Part shown: positions 1 through 12,408 of the stretch, piece after piece
How positions within the stretch are numbered: the first letter of the stretch is position 1
How the letters are laid out: each line of letters starts with the position of its first letter
From: Chiloscyllium plagiosum
Lineage: Eukaryota
Assembly: GCF_004010195.1 (NCBI RefSeq)
Contig: NC_057719.1
Span: 18,869,159-18,933,158, forward strand
Direction of reading: 5' to 3'
Length of the DNA: 64,000 bases
Program-made: the position numbers and the translations under genes
Notes under the pieces: generated by a model
The model's database searches: none
Told to the model about the DNA's origin: nothing
The model's input: the letters and a program-made list of their open reading frames with translations, nothing else

Positions 1-225
1 TATAGTGCCTTTCACAACCTCAGCTTTTTACACTTAATGTAATGAAGTACTTTTGAATTACAATCATTCTTTTAACAGAAAAATGTCAGATTCAGTAATG
101 TCTGTTAAGGATAAATATTAATCTCTTAATCTTCCTCAAATCTCTAACATGCAACCAAGAGGAAAGATGGGATCTCTATTTAACATTACCTTCAAATGAC
201 AGCACCATAATAATGCAACTCAGTG
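1..225 (-). mobile_element. Decayed Deu-domain SINE (SacSINE1/AmnSINE1-like)
   Basis: Reverse-oriented tail (tatagtgcctttcacaacctcag...aatgaagtacttttgaa) and Deu-like core (tttaacatt...aaatgacagcacc); related pieces at 8645, 20190, 45800 and 63220. Confidence 0.55.
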
Positions 226-245
226 GGTTGCGAGGCCATTTGGAC

Positions 246-600
246 TCATAGAGTCATAAAGACATACAGCATAGAAATAGACCCTGTGATCCAAATCATT
301 CCCACCAACTAGACAGCCTAATCTGATTTGGTCCCATATCTCCCTAAACCCTTCCTATTTATATACTCATCCAGATGCCTTTTAAATGTTATAAATGTAC
401 CAACCTCCACCACTTTTCAGGCAGTTCATTCCATATACAGACCAGCGTCTGTGTAAAAGAGTTACCCCTCTGGTCCTTTTTATACTTTCCCCTCTCACCT
501 TAAACCTATACCCTCTAGTTTTGGGCTTTTAGGGGAAAAAGAAACCCTTGCTATTGACCCTATCCATGTCCCTTATGATTTTATAAGCCTCTATAAGACC
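246..600 (-). mobile_element. CR1/HER1 LINE 3' end
   Basis: catagagtcata tail repeat followed by reversed CR1 ORF2 C-terminal region; closely similar to 10544-11124. Confidence 0.8.
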
Positions 601-614
601 ACTAAGAGTCTCTT

Positions 615-851
615 GGTGGCCAAATCAGATGAGGATGGAAGATTCCCTTCCCTGAGGGACATTACTGAGCTAGATGGTTTTTCTCCCCCAACAAAAGGTA
701 ATGGTTTCATGAGAATCAGAAGATCCTTAATTTTAGATTATTTTAAAGTTGAATTGTAATCACACCATCTGCTGTGGTAGGATTCAAACTCAGGTCATTA
801 GCTGAGCTTTTGGTTTCAGGGCGTATTGATAATACCATTAGGCCATCACCT
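615..851 (-). mobile_element. tRNA-derived SINE (family with ggttcactaatgycctttagggaagga core)
   Basis: Reverse complement resembles 57615-57817 and 36030-36230; B-box-like ggattcaaactc. Confidence 0.6.
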
Positions 852-854
852 ACA

Positions 855-2391
855 TCAATGGCCCCCAGCATTACAGATGCTGGTCTTCAGCCAATTCGAT
901 TCACTCCATTTGATATCAAAAAACTATTGGCAGCATTGGATGCTGCAAAGGCTATAACCCCTGACTACATTCCAGCAGTAGTACTAAAGACCTGTGCTCC
1001 AGAACTTGCACCTATCCTAGCCAAGCTGTTCCCGTATAATCACAACACTGGCATCTACCTGACAATGTGGAAAATTGCCGAGGTATGTCCTGTACATAAA
1101 AAGCAGGACGAATCTAACACAGCCAATTACCGCCCCATCAGTCTACTCTCAATCGTCAGTAAAGTGATGGAAGGTGTTATCAGTAGTGCTATCAAGCAGC
1201 AACTGCTCAGCCATAACCTGCTCACTGATGCCCAATTTGGGTTCCACCAGAGCCACTGATTTACTGACTTGAGTGAGAGCCCTTGACATCAATGGTCTCA
1301 TTCAATCGGGTCTGGACCCCTGGCAAAACTGGTATCAATGGGAATCAGGACAAATTCTCTGTTAGCTGGAGTCATATCTGGCACATAGGAAGATGGTTGT
1401 CTGTGTTGGAGGTCAGTCATCTCAGTTCCATGACATCTCTACAGGAGTTCCTCAGGGTAGTGTCCTAGGCTCAACCATCTTCAGCTGCTTCATCAATGAT
1501 CTTTCTTCCATTATAAGGTCAGGAGAAGGGACATTCGCCAATAATTGCCCAATGTTCAGCACCATTTCTGACTCCTCAGATACTGAAACAGTCCATGTTC
1601 AAATGCAGAAAGATGTGAACATCCTTCCAGGCTTAGGTTGACAAGTGTCAAGTAACATGCATCCACACAAGTGCCTGGCAATGGCCATTTCCATTAGGAG
1701 TCAATATAATTACTGCTCTTTGATGTTCAATGGTGTCACCATCACTGAACGCCCACTATCAACATCCTGGGGGCTATCATTGACCAGAACTTTAACTGGG
1801 CTCACTACATACACAGTGGCTACAAGTGCAGGCTAGGAATACTGCAGCGGGTAACTCACCTCCTGACTCCCCAAAACTTGGGCACCATCTACATGGTACA
1901 AGTCAGGAGTGTGAGGGAATATTCCCCAGTTGCCTGGATGGATGCAGCTCCAACAATGCTCAAGAAGCTTGGCACCATCCAGGACAAAGAATCCTGCTTA
2001 TTTGGCACCACATTCACAAGCATCCATTTCCTCCAACGTTCAGTGGCATCAGTGAGTACTATTTACAAGATGCGCAGCAGAAATTTATCAAAGGTCCTTA
2101 GACAGTACTTTGCAAATTAAAAATTATTTCCCTCAAGAAGGACAAAGGCAGCAGACATATGGGAGCACCATCATCTCCAACACACTCACTATCGTGAGTA
2201 TATATCACCGTCCCTTCATTGTTGCTGGGTGAAAATGTTGGAATTCTCTTTCTAGGGATATTGTGGGTCCACCAACCGCATTTGAACTGCAGCAGGTCAA
2301 GAAGACAACTCACAACTACCTTCTCAAGGGCAACTAGGGATGGACAATAAAAACTGGCTAGCCAGCGCTACCCAAGTGTCAAATTTAAAAA
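855..2391 (+). mobile_element. L2/CR1-group LINE ORF2 (RT) relic with 3' tail
   Basis: ORFs give [49 protein letters not shown] and QVRSVREYSPVAW; frameshifts and stops; tail gggcaactagggatggacaataaa..gccagcg. Confidence 0.9.
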
Positions 2392-2395
2392 TGGG

Positions 2396-2695
2396 TAGAT
2401 TAGATTAGATTAAATTACTTACAGTGTGCAAACAGGCCCTTCAGCCCAACTAGTCCACACCGACCCTCCAGAGCAACCCGCCCAGACCCATTCCTCTACA
2501 TTTACCCCTTCACCTAACACTACGGGCAATTTAGCATGGTCAATTCACCTAACCTGCACATTTTTGGACTGTGGGAGGAAACCGGAGCACGCGGGGGAAA
2601 CCCACACAGACACGGGGAGAATGTGCAAACTCCACACAGCCAGTTGTCTGAGGCAGGAATTGAACCTGGGTGTCTGGCGCTGTGAGGCAGCAGTG
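2396..2695 (-). mobile_element. HE1-type V-SINE
   Basis: V-domain (gtgcaaactccacacag, aattcacctaacctgcaca), B-box gaattgaacc, (tagat)n tail. Confidence 0.9.
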
Positions 2696-3959
2696 ACAGA
2701 TCAACTTAGTGTATATTCTGAAGTCTGTTTGGAATAAGGTTTGAACTCATAATCTTCCGGCTCAAAGATGAGCTCAGTATCACTAAGCCAGAGGTAACAA
2801 CATAAATGAAGATATGTGCAAGGAAAAACCTTGGAAAGTAAAATCAGTTACATTACGTCCATTCCAAATGCATTCCACACATTGAGGACAGCAAGAGGAA
2901 AGCAAGTTGGCATGGGAGTGGGCACTGAAATGACTACTGCACAGGCAACTGTGTCTGATTATGATCCTGAGAATTTATTGAAAATGCCTTTAATTCCTCT
3001 CCACACTGCTCCCTGAGATTTTATTAAAAAATGAATTAGCTCACACCAGATAAGCCCGATCACTGACTTTCCCAGTAGACGATTACACAGTTTTAATAAT
3101 TGAAGTCAAAAAGGTCAACCAGATTGTACAACTGGCTTGGGATCGAGGGATATTCACCATTAAGGCCGCCAACCTTCAGATTGGAAATGGCACCTGAGGA
3201 TACAGAATAATTAAGGTGTCTGTTTTTCTAAAGTCAGGCATATGTATTTGATTGGAATGAAGACTGAACCAAATTCCAAAATCAAAGCGCTCTTGATCAG
3301 ACTAAATTAGGCTAATTCAATAAATGGCTGAATTTGGACTGCTTCAAACACTGCATTTTAGACTGCTCTTTCTTTTATTAAATTATGCCAGTGCAGAGCA
3401 TGAAAGAGAAAAAATGTCATTCTGTACATTTTTTACATGCTTAAATGCCAAGGCAAGTGAATCCCAGTGAGAATGCAACCTCTTTATATCGTGAGTGATG
3501 AATAATCTACTCAGGGCTACGTTTTGGACAGAGCTTAGAAAAGTGAGAGTAATGAAATGCAATATTGTGTGTGAATGTACAGACTGATTTTATTGGGGGA
3601 ACAGAACCAAATTTTGGATTCCAACCGGTGTCCCCGGAATGCCTGAGAAATCTTTGGCTTGAGTCTTTTTCTAGTGTCCCCAACAGCTGTCGGAAACAGA
3701 CTTTAGGCTGCTCCCAATCTTATTATCTCATGTTTTTCCTTTGAATCAAAGTCCTGCTGAAGTCCTCCTTGATATTTTCCAAGCCACAATACTTTCACAT
3801 CATCAGCAAATTTTGTCATCATGCATCTAATACCTTGTCTAAATCAACATTTTATGTACGCGAGTCTGACAAAATGGATCCAGCAATGAATCTTCCATTC
3901 ATCATTTTTTTTGCCCTTTCTCAATTGGAGCGATGCCCAATTACTTTGTCTTCCCTATT

Positions 3960-4020
3960 TTCCTGCTCCTCGGGTGCTGCCTGACCTGCTGTGCTTTTCC
4001 AGCACCACTCTAATCTTGAT
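3960..4020 (+). mobile_element. Penelope-like terminal-repeat fragment (family A)
   Basis: tcctgctcctcgggtgctgcctgacctgctgtgcttttccagcaccactctaatc matches the repeated family A unit. Confidence 0.75.
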
Positions 4021-4802
4021 TTGTGTTCCCTGTCTGTCCACCAACCTCTATCCACCAGTCTATCCACACTCTACATTTCCTCTTATTTCATCACATTTTC
4101 AAACAAGACTGTTGTAAGATACCATGTGGGATGCTTAGAAGGTTGCCATACAAGCATAGAGTTGGTCCTTCCTGCAAATTTTGTCAGTGTAGTTAATCCA
4201 TTAGTGTGTCGCCACAAATGTTTGCCATCTGTTGCATCATATTTTAGCTGCTCCATGTTCCATTTTTATCTGAAGATGGCTTCATCACCATGCATACGCG
4301 CTTTAGTGTGTCTCACAGCTGATGACATTTTGGCAAGGGTTTCCACGTAGCTCTTAAGTGTGTACAGTGGATCTGCATAGAATAGGTAGAAAGCCATATT
4401 AGTCAGCATGAAACGTTGATTTAACCCGAGTGGTGCCATCTTAAATCTCAAAATATCAGTGAGTAAACCTTCCTTAATCTTGCAACAATCAATGTATGGT
4501 CAACAGAACAAGGGATTGTGATTTAAAGGAATCATACATTACTTTCAGTTTAGTCATTGGTTTTGACTGACTCTGAGATGGTATGAGTGCTGTAAGGCTT
4601 CAAGTGCTATTTAAAGTTGAAGTCTGCAGCAAGTGATGTTGTGCCTCGGAAAAGCCTTGGTTCTGCCTTCAAAGGTTTTTCAGTCATGTGTGTGGTAACT
4701 ACCCATCCCATTGGCTTCCAGCATCAGAAGGATGCTGGAAGCACATAGAAGGAGGAAAGAGGGAGCTAAAGTGACTCTTAGTAAGAGGCCTCAGCAGGGG
4801 CT

Positions 4803-5801
4803 TTCAGGGAACATTTCTATTTCTCCAAACACAACAAGGAACAGTTTGTGTGATGTCTGTGTTTTATGAAGGAGGAGCTAGCTGAAATGTCCCAACTCTT
4901 GTAGGAGAACCTGCCACCTCAAGGCGAAGTGAGGATGGTGCTGCCAGTGTCCATGTCAATAATTACAACTGTGAACTTCTTCACTATGAGTGAGATAACT
5001 GCTGCCTACTACACCAAGAAAGAGGATGCATCGCAGCGTAGTATGGCAACTGCTCTGCCCAGGACTGTAAGAAATTACAGAGAGTTGTGAACACAGCCCA
5101 GTCCATCATGCAAGGCAGCCTTCCATCCTTTGACTCCATCTATACTTTCCGCTGCCGCAGGAAGGTAGCCAACATAATTAAAGATACCTCCTACCAATCT
5201 CTTCCAACCTCTTCTGGCAGGGAGAAGATACAAAAACTTAAGCACATGAATCAACAGATTCAAGAACAGTTTCTTCCCCATTGTTATTACACTTCTGAAT
5301 GGACTTCACAAATTTTAAATATCTTGTTGATTTCACTCTGAGCGCACCTCTGCTGCTGTAATGCTGTATTCTTTGCTCTGTTCTATTACCCTTATGCACT
5401 TTGTATGGCATGATCTGCCTGTATTGCACACAAAACAAAACTTTTCACTGCACCTAAGTACATGTAACAATAATAAATCAGATAAAAAAAACATTCTCTT
5501 GTGCGTGAAAGAACCAGGTGGAAGATGCATGAGGCTTTATGAAAACAAAGCACTTTCTTTGGTGTGAGATGCCATCAACTGCATACATATGGATTTGTGG
5601 GCATGCTATTGAATTTCTGAGAGATACTGCAAAAGTTTCCACTCTCTGTGTGACTGTGCTGAGCACGTCATGCAACATAAGGCCCAACATGTTGGTGGGC
5701 AGAACGACGCCTTCATTCTGCATAAGTTTTCAATAACATCCATAATTTAGGCCACTATGTCAAAGCAGATTGTAATACAGCTGCTGAGTAACAAGGGGTA
5801 A
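4803..5801 (+). mobile_element. Decayed Harbinger/PIF (HARBI1-like) DDE transposase, split by a Rex1-like insertion
   Basis: Manual translation: EQFV*CLCFMKEELAEMSQLL*ENLPPQ..LPVSM..VNFF (4803-4990), DAINCIHM (5568; cf. GAIDCTH), KSFHSL (5631), DAFIL (5706), LLSNKG* (5781; cf. LLGDKGY). Confidence 0.75.
5030..5487 (+). mobile_element. Rex1/Babar-like LINE 3' end
   Basis: LQRVVNTAQSI..LPSFDSIYTFRCRRKVANIIKD; tail ttttcactgcacc..catgtaacaataataaatc; homologous to 38900-39383. Confidence 0.8.
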
Positions 5802-6034
5802 CTGAATCATTACTGCACAGCCCCAGTTTAGAGAGTATTAATACAATAAGAGTTACATTATCACACATGACACATCATATGAGTTCATTTAACATTTTTG
5901 TTGTATCCAAGTCCTCAGGGCTAGCAGTCTTGAATTACAGCAAGCACTGTCTTCGTAGCTGTGGGGCAAGCTGTTTTATTCCACTCTCCAGATGAACAAG
6001 GCCTTCAGTGCTGCAGGACAGAAAGCTGGAGCAT

Positions 6035-6240
6035 CACAAAATTAGATACATGGGCTCTTTTACCTTGTGCCAATCCCGTGCCTTTTTTTCCCTATATTCC
6101 TGCACACCACTTCTACACAGAAAAATCATCCAATGCCCTCTTGAATACCTCAGTTGAGCCTACCTCCATCACATTCACAGGCAGTGCATTCCATGCTCTA
6201 ACTACTCGTTGTGTGAAAAAGTTTTTTCTCACATCACCCT
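6035..6240 (-). mobile_element. CR1 LINE 3' fragment
   Basis: Minus ORF GDVRKNFFTQRVVRAWNALP..FKRALD. Confidence 0.85.
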
Positions 6241-6497
6241 TAGTGGGTTTGTGCATTGCTTTAAAGACACTCTCTGTCTTTTTATGCCATTTCCAGACAT
6301 TAAAGGGTGCCAGGGTCTTTGTGGAGGTATGCAGCCAGTCAGCCATGCAATGAACACTGGGCTGCATGTGACTACCAGTAAACTGCATAAAGTGCCCACA
6401 TTGCAATGCTTCACAACAAAGGGGCATGGGTTAGAAGCACATTGATCTCTGCAAGCTCTGGCTGACATTTCCCCTTATATTTTAATCACAATCAAAA

Positions 6498-6836
6498 GGG
6501 ACGGCATGGTGGCTCAGCAGTTAGCACTGCTGCCTCACAGCACTAAGGACCCGAGTTTGATTCCAGCCTCAGGAGACTGTCTATGTGGAGTTTGCACATT
6601 CTCCCCGTATCTGTGTGGGTTTCCTCTGGATGCTCCAGTTTCCTCCCACAATGCAAAGATGTGCAGGTTAGGTGAATTGGCCATGCTAAATTGCCCACAG
6701 TGTTTGGGGATGTGTAGGTTCGGGGCATTAGTCAGGGGTAAGTGTAGGGGAGTGGGTCTGGGTGTGTTACTCATCAGTGTGGACTTGTTGGGTCAAATGG
6801 CCTGTTTCTACACTGTAGGGATTCTATGATTCTGTG
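6498..6836 (+). mobile_element. HE1-type V-SINE, full length
   Basis: A-box tggctcagcagtt, B-box gtttgattcc, V-domain, tail gattctatgattctgtg. Confidence 0.92.
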
Positions 6837-8091
6837 AAAATCCCCTCTTGCAAAGAAAGTTCCATCAGGGTGAAGTTGTTTCCATATGAATATGCAATTG
6901 CAGCTTTTGGAGCTGTGAAGATCTACTCAGAATGAGTAGATTTGCAGATTTAGGTATAACTTTGTGTGACAGAATCTTAAAGCCCAAATAAGGGGTGTAT
7001 GTCATGAATCACAATTTTTAATGAATTCCAGATAAATACAGTTTGTATAGGTTTTTTTTTTAACACCTTTCTCATTCGCAGTGAAAAAAGAATACACAGC
7101 ATTCCATTAACATGCTTATTATTTCAAACACTTTCTTGTTCATAATGTCACTTCAAGATATACTTTCATTCGATTGTCTGTAATAACATATTGATAAAGC
7201 TCATGGCATTGTGACCTGTGCCAATATGGAATAACCATATTTGAAGAAGAGATTGTTAAAAATAACTTGGAGCATGTTAGCACAGAAAGACATTGCCTCC
7301 TGATATACATCATTATATTTTACCAATGATAACAAAGCAGACAAGAATCATTTCCATTTATCTGAATCCTTTTAATTTATTCAATGAGACAATGGGTCAG
7401 ATAGTCAACTTTGGTAAATTACTATTTGTAACAGTACTAATAGTGACAGAGTGCTGCCCTGTGGATGTCCTATTGTTTGTCATTAATTTGAAAATTATTA
7501 TTATACCTAGTAACAGCTACATTATAATGCCATCTAATTCCTGATAGCATGCATTGTACAATGTTGGTATGTGTTGTATTGCAGTGAGCATCTTGTATCC
7601 CTCTCCATTTCTCTCTCATAAATATCCTGGGGATAAATTCCACATAAACTCACTTCAGGCTGAGCTACTTGAATGATTCAAAGGCTGTGAGTACATACCA
7701 GATGTTGTCTGTGTAGTTTTACAATATATCTGCAAGCATAATTCCCACTGAATGCAATAATGTTTTAAACTTGGAGGTAGTATCAAAACCTTTTAATTAT
7801 CTGATGCGGCACAATTCACAGATCCAATGTGCCCGCTGGCGACACAGAAATTGTGTGTTAGTTATAAGGCAATCAAGACTACCATTGTTTTTTTGTAGCT
7901 CAACAATTATGGAAGAAGAATGCAGACAGGGACAAAGGAGAAGAGCTGTAAGTGCTTGGTTAAGACCAATGTTCCAAGTACGAGGTGTATGATTATTCTG
8001 TGTGTCTTTAATTTTAAGGTGAAATGAAGGGGGGCCGTGTTCTGAAGCCTGCCTGACATCAAGCAGCTGGTTTCTGTACTTTAGATGAAAG

Positions 8092-8170
8092 GCTTATGTC
8101 CGAAACATCAATTCTCCTGCTACTTGGGTGCTGCTTGACTTGCTGTGCTTTTCCAGCGTTAACCTTTCTT
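8092..8170 (+). mobile_element. Decayed Penelope-like family A fragment
   Basis: gatgaaaggcttatgtccgaaacatcaattctcctgct...ttttccagc. Confidence 0.7.
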
Positions 8171-8179
8171 ACTCTTCTA

Positions 8180-8367
8180 CAGTAAGATAAGGTCACCAGA
8201 GTCCTATCAGACCATAGTCTTACTAGGGTTACTCTCTCATTAGAGATAGACAACTGATGGCAGTTTGGCCTTAGAGTTCACCATACCTCAGGTGAGGGGA
8301 GGACTGAGAGGAATTGTACCCATGCTATTGGTGCCACTTTATATCAACAAATGAGCTAACTGACCCA
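8180..8367 (-). mobile_element. tRNA-derived SINE (ggttggttagctcagttgg family)
   Basis: Homologous to 61690-61875 (+) and 63550-63690 (-): ctctctcattagaga, ctcaggtgagggg, tgagctaactgaccc. Confidence 0.65.
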
Positions 8368-10543
8368 ATACGTTTAGTTAATAGTGCTTTTAATTTGTTT
8401 GTTACAGAAAACATTGTATATTTTGTTATGTTATCTATCAACCAGAAGATCTAACATATTTTTCAAGATGTTGTCAGCCTTTAAGGGAATAACAACACAA
8501 GACTGATCAAAGATTAAAAGGTATAAGGTATGAGATACAATTGAGAACTTTAGCTGATGACCTGTATTGTAGGACACCACAACAATTAAAAGAAAAACAT
8601 TTTCGAAAGGGCAATGTAAATCAAGAAGTATTAAATAAAAGAAAAGCATTGCATTTATATAGTGTCTTCTGCATCTTTAGAATGCCTCACAGCCAAGAAA
8701 GTACTTTTGAGGTGTAATTACTGGTACAAATGAGTAGCAATCAGGTAAGATCAAGCTGAAAGTTTCTAAACATTTCGAGGTCATCAGAGAATGCAAAGTT
8801 TAAAGGCTGTAAAAGGTTCCTATTTGGAGGTGTAGAGAAAATGAAAATAAACAAAATTACTTGTTTCACCACAATGCGCACAAGAAGACAAGAACAAAAG
8901 CATGACTGGTGCTGTATTTGAAGCTTTAGAAGGAACAAGGGAACAGAATTGACTACCGAGAGTGAATCTGATAAAATGGAGGACAGAGACAGCTGGAAAT
9001 TACTAATAGAAAGGGAAATGAATATTGAAAAAAAACGGAAAGTTCGTGAAATCAACTATTCATAGATTGTCTATTGAGAAAACAAACCTTGCATTTTACA
9101 CTAAAATACATCAGAAAATAAAAACTAATGAAAATTATTTGTGAGTTAATAAATCCTGCTGGTCACCTTGTCAGCAGAGGATTACTGAGGAAAATAAGGG
9201 TGAAAATTGCAGGTAATGTTAATCAACCTGTTCAAACAAGCTACAACATATCTTTAGAGCAGGTAGGACTTAATCCTGGGATTCCTGGCCCAGAGTTAGA
9301 AACTTAATAATTGTATCACAAGGGCCATTTCTGGGAAAGGATGTAGCCATGTTCCTTTTTGTTGCTGACAAGAGACTGGACAATTGTAAAAGTTATACCT
9401 CTCTTGAAAGAAAGGACAGAGGAATAAATCCAACATCTATAGGCAGTTAGTCTAACATTAGTGGTGGAAACCAAGATATGGTTGAGAATTAATTGGGAAT
9501 AGGAAGAGTATGGACTAAGAGCAAAAAGTATATATTGATTGTTGAATGAAAGTCACATTTGACCACTGGATTGAATTCTATGATGAGATAATGAAAAGGG
9601 TTGATGTGGACGTTTGGCATTGTTTATCTGTACTTTTAAAAGGCATTGCACTGTAGATTGGTTAGCATAAATAAAGTCCACGAGGTGAAGTGAACAGTAG
9701 CAGATATAAAATTGACTCAGAGATAGAAAACAAAATAATGATAAAATGTTGTATTTCTGATGAGGGATAGCATATAGTGATATCTTCCAGGAGTCAGGAT
9801 TAAGATCATTCCTCTGCTTGATGCACAATAATGATTTGGACTTGAGTATACAAGGGATAATTTGAACTTTTGTAAGTGTTGCAAAACTTGTAAAAATAAA
9901 CAATGAAAATATTATTAACTGAATTCAGGAGGATTAGACAGACTAGTGAAATGGGTAGATCATGCAAAAAAAAACTGTAACTTATAATATGACACATTTT
10001 AGTAGGAAGAACAAGGAAAGGCAAATGAAATAAAATGGTACAGTTTTATAAGGCTGTTAGAACAAAGCGAACTGTGGATACATGCATATAAACCTTTGAA
10101 GTTGGCATGCAAATTTGAGAAGGCTGGTTTAAAAAAAATTTATGGGATTGTAGCAAAGACTGTTGATGAAACACTGGATATGACTTAACTGAAGCATGGT
10201 GTTACATTCTGGAAACTGTACATAGGACGGTTTCTTAGTGTGGAGATTGAGAATGTTACCAGAGATGTGGGCCTTCATTTATGCAGAAAGATTAGATTTT
10301 CTGAGACAATTATATTTTTTAAGGCTGAAAGGTTAAGAGGATATTGGATAAATGTAATCAAGATATAGGAGAAGCATTGATAATCCAAGAACACATATTT
10401 AAAATAAATGGTAAAAAGATCAGGGGTGGCTCGAGCAAACATTTTCTTATACAGCAAGTTGTTGTGATCTAGAATGGTCTGCCTGGAAGATCAGTGAAAA
10501 CAGATTCAACAGCAAACTTCAGGAAAGAGATGGACAAATACTT

Positions 10544-11124
10544 AGAGTCATAGAGTCATAGAGATGTACAGAATGTAAACAGACCCTTCGGTCAACCCAG
10601 TCTAGTCCCACCTGCCAGAACCCGGCCCATATCCCTCGAAACCCTTCCTATTCATACACCCAAGAGAAAGTGAGGGCTGCAGATGCTGGAGATCAGAGCT
10701 GAAAATGTGTTGCTGGAAAAGCGCAGCAGGTCAGGCAGCATCCAAGGAACAGGAGAATCGACGTTCCTGAAGAAGGGCTTATGCCCGAAACGTCAATTCT
10801 CCTGTTCCTTGGATGCTGCCTGACCTGCTGCGCTTTTCCAGCAACACATTTTCAGCTCTATTCATACACCCATCCAAATGCCTTTTAAATGCTGCAATTG
10901 TACCAGCCTCCACCACTTCCTCTGGCAGTTCATTCCATATATGTACCACTCTCTGTGTGAAAAGGTTGCCCCGTAGGTCTCTTTTATATCTTTCCACTCT
11001 CACCCTAAACCTATGTCCTCTAGTTCTGGACTCCCTGACCCCAGGGAAAAGACATTGCCTATTTACCCTATCCATGCCCCTCATAATTTTATAAACCTGT
11101 ATAAGGTCACCCCTCAGCCTCCGA
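10544..11124 (-). mobile_element. Younger CR1/HER1 3' end nested in an old CR1
   Basis: Minus ORF MRGMDRVNRQCLFP..RTRGHRFRV..FTQRVVHIWNELP; (catagagt)n tail. Confidence 0.9.
10663..10857. mobile_element. Penelope-like family A inverted (hairpin) insertion with hammerhead motif
   Basis: Inverted arms; 15-bp TSD ctattcatacaccca (10648-10662, 10858-10872); CTGAAGA..GAAACGTC at 10767-10794. Confidence 0.88.
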
Positions 11125-12003
11125 CTTGAAAGGACAAAATTTATAAGATAAGGACCATGGTCAGGTTAGTGAATTGGACAGCTCTACAATAGACACTCAG
11201 CAGGCACAAAGGGCTGAATGGTCTTTTACTTGGCATCATCAGTCTCAACGTTTACAAAAAGGAGATTCTTGTTGGGATCGATTACACTAGTTTGCCTGCT
11301 AAAATTTATTTTTATTTTGTTGTATTCTTAAGAGAGTCCAAGATGATTTTAAAAGTTTAATGTTCAACACACTTTGAAGGACCAGCATGGGACTGCTTTG
11401 TAATTTTGAGTTTTTAGCCTTTTCCACAAATTAAGTTATTTTCTCTTCATGGGAGATACACAGGAGACACTGAAAATGCTCAATCTATGGAGAGAACATT
11501 GTCTTCCAGAAACTTAACAACTGCTCAAATCAACAAATGCCACCAACAATGAAAATCCCTTGGAGCCCGCTGATACACTGTTCCCTTGGAAAATGAAGTT
11601 CTGAGGCAGGTGTAAGTGTATATAGTTCCCACATTATTTTTAATTCATTATTTGACTTGCCTAATCTCCCCTGCCTGCATCTTTCCTTTCCTAGATCCTT
11701 CCAAAACCTTATTGCAGCCGGCAACTTCATCTGCACTAAAACCCCTGACTTTATTGCCATTGCCCTCTCTCGCCAGATCTGGCATGTTGTATTGATTATG
11801 TGGGTTTAAAGACTATAGGATGAGAAGGAATATGAGCAGGAGGTATTGATTCAGCCCATCAAGTCTGCTCCACTATTCAACTGAATCCTTGCTGATCTGA
11901 TAATCCCCAGCACCGCTTTCCCACCTTTTCCCATTATCTTCAATTCCTTTACTGATAAGAAATCTGTCTATCTCGCCTTGAGTAGACTGAATGGCCCATG
12001 CTC

Positions 12004-12092
12004 CTGAAGAAGGGCTTATGCCCGAAACATCGATTCTCCTGTTCCTTGGATGCTGCCTGACCTGCTGCGCTTTTCCAGCAACACATTTTCAA
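12004..12092 (+). mobile_element. Penelope-like family A short insertion
   Basis: TSD cccatgctc (11995-12003, 12093-12101); begins at CTGAAGAAGGGCTTATGCCCGAAAC. Confidence 0.85.
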
Positions 12093-12184
12093 CCCATGCT
12101 CAACAGCCCTGTGTGTTAAAGTATTCCCAAGATTTACTGCCCTCTGAGAGAAGAAATTTGTCATCATCATTCCTCCATAAATTA

Positions 12185-12408
12185 TACTTATTCCTTCCTC
12201 CTTATTCCTCCTTACTCCTTACTTCTTACTCCATACTCCATACTCCTTACTCCTCCTTACTCCTTACTTCTTACTCCTCCTTACTCTGAAGGATGCTGTT
12301 CCTTACTCCATACTCCTTATTCCTCCTTATTCCTTACTCCTTACTCCATACTCCTTACTCCTCCTTACTCCTTACTTCTTACTCCTCCTTACTCTGAGAG
12401 GATGCTGT
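12185..12408. repeat. (TACTCCT)n-like heptamer tandem repeat with a higher-order duplication
   Basis: Degenerate tactcct units; the block ending ..tactctga(g)aggatgctgtt occurs twice. Confidence 0.9.

Larger units (their letters stand above)
9340..11230 (+). mobile_element. Old degenerate CR1 LINE (RT to 3' end), interrupted at 10544-11124
   Basis: Decayed V.PL.K..YR.VSLTLVV and DFKKAF-like motifs; 3' motif gatggacaaatactt resumes as gaaaggacaaaattt after the insert. Confidence 0.65.

Noticed and set aside
774..1259. 161-aa ORF as a host gene
   Set aside because: It is a LINE ORF2 fragment fused by chance to SINE sequence; downstream frames are broken.
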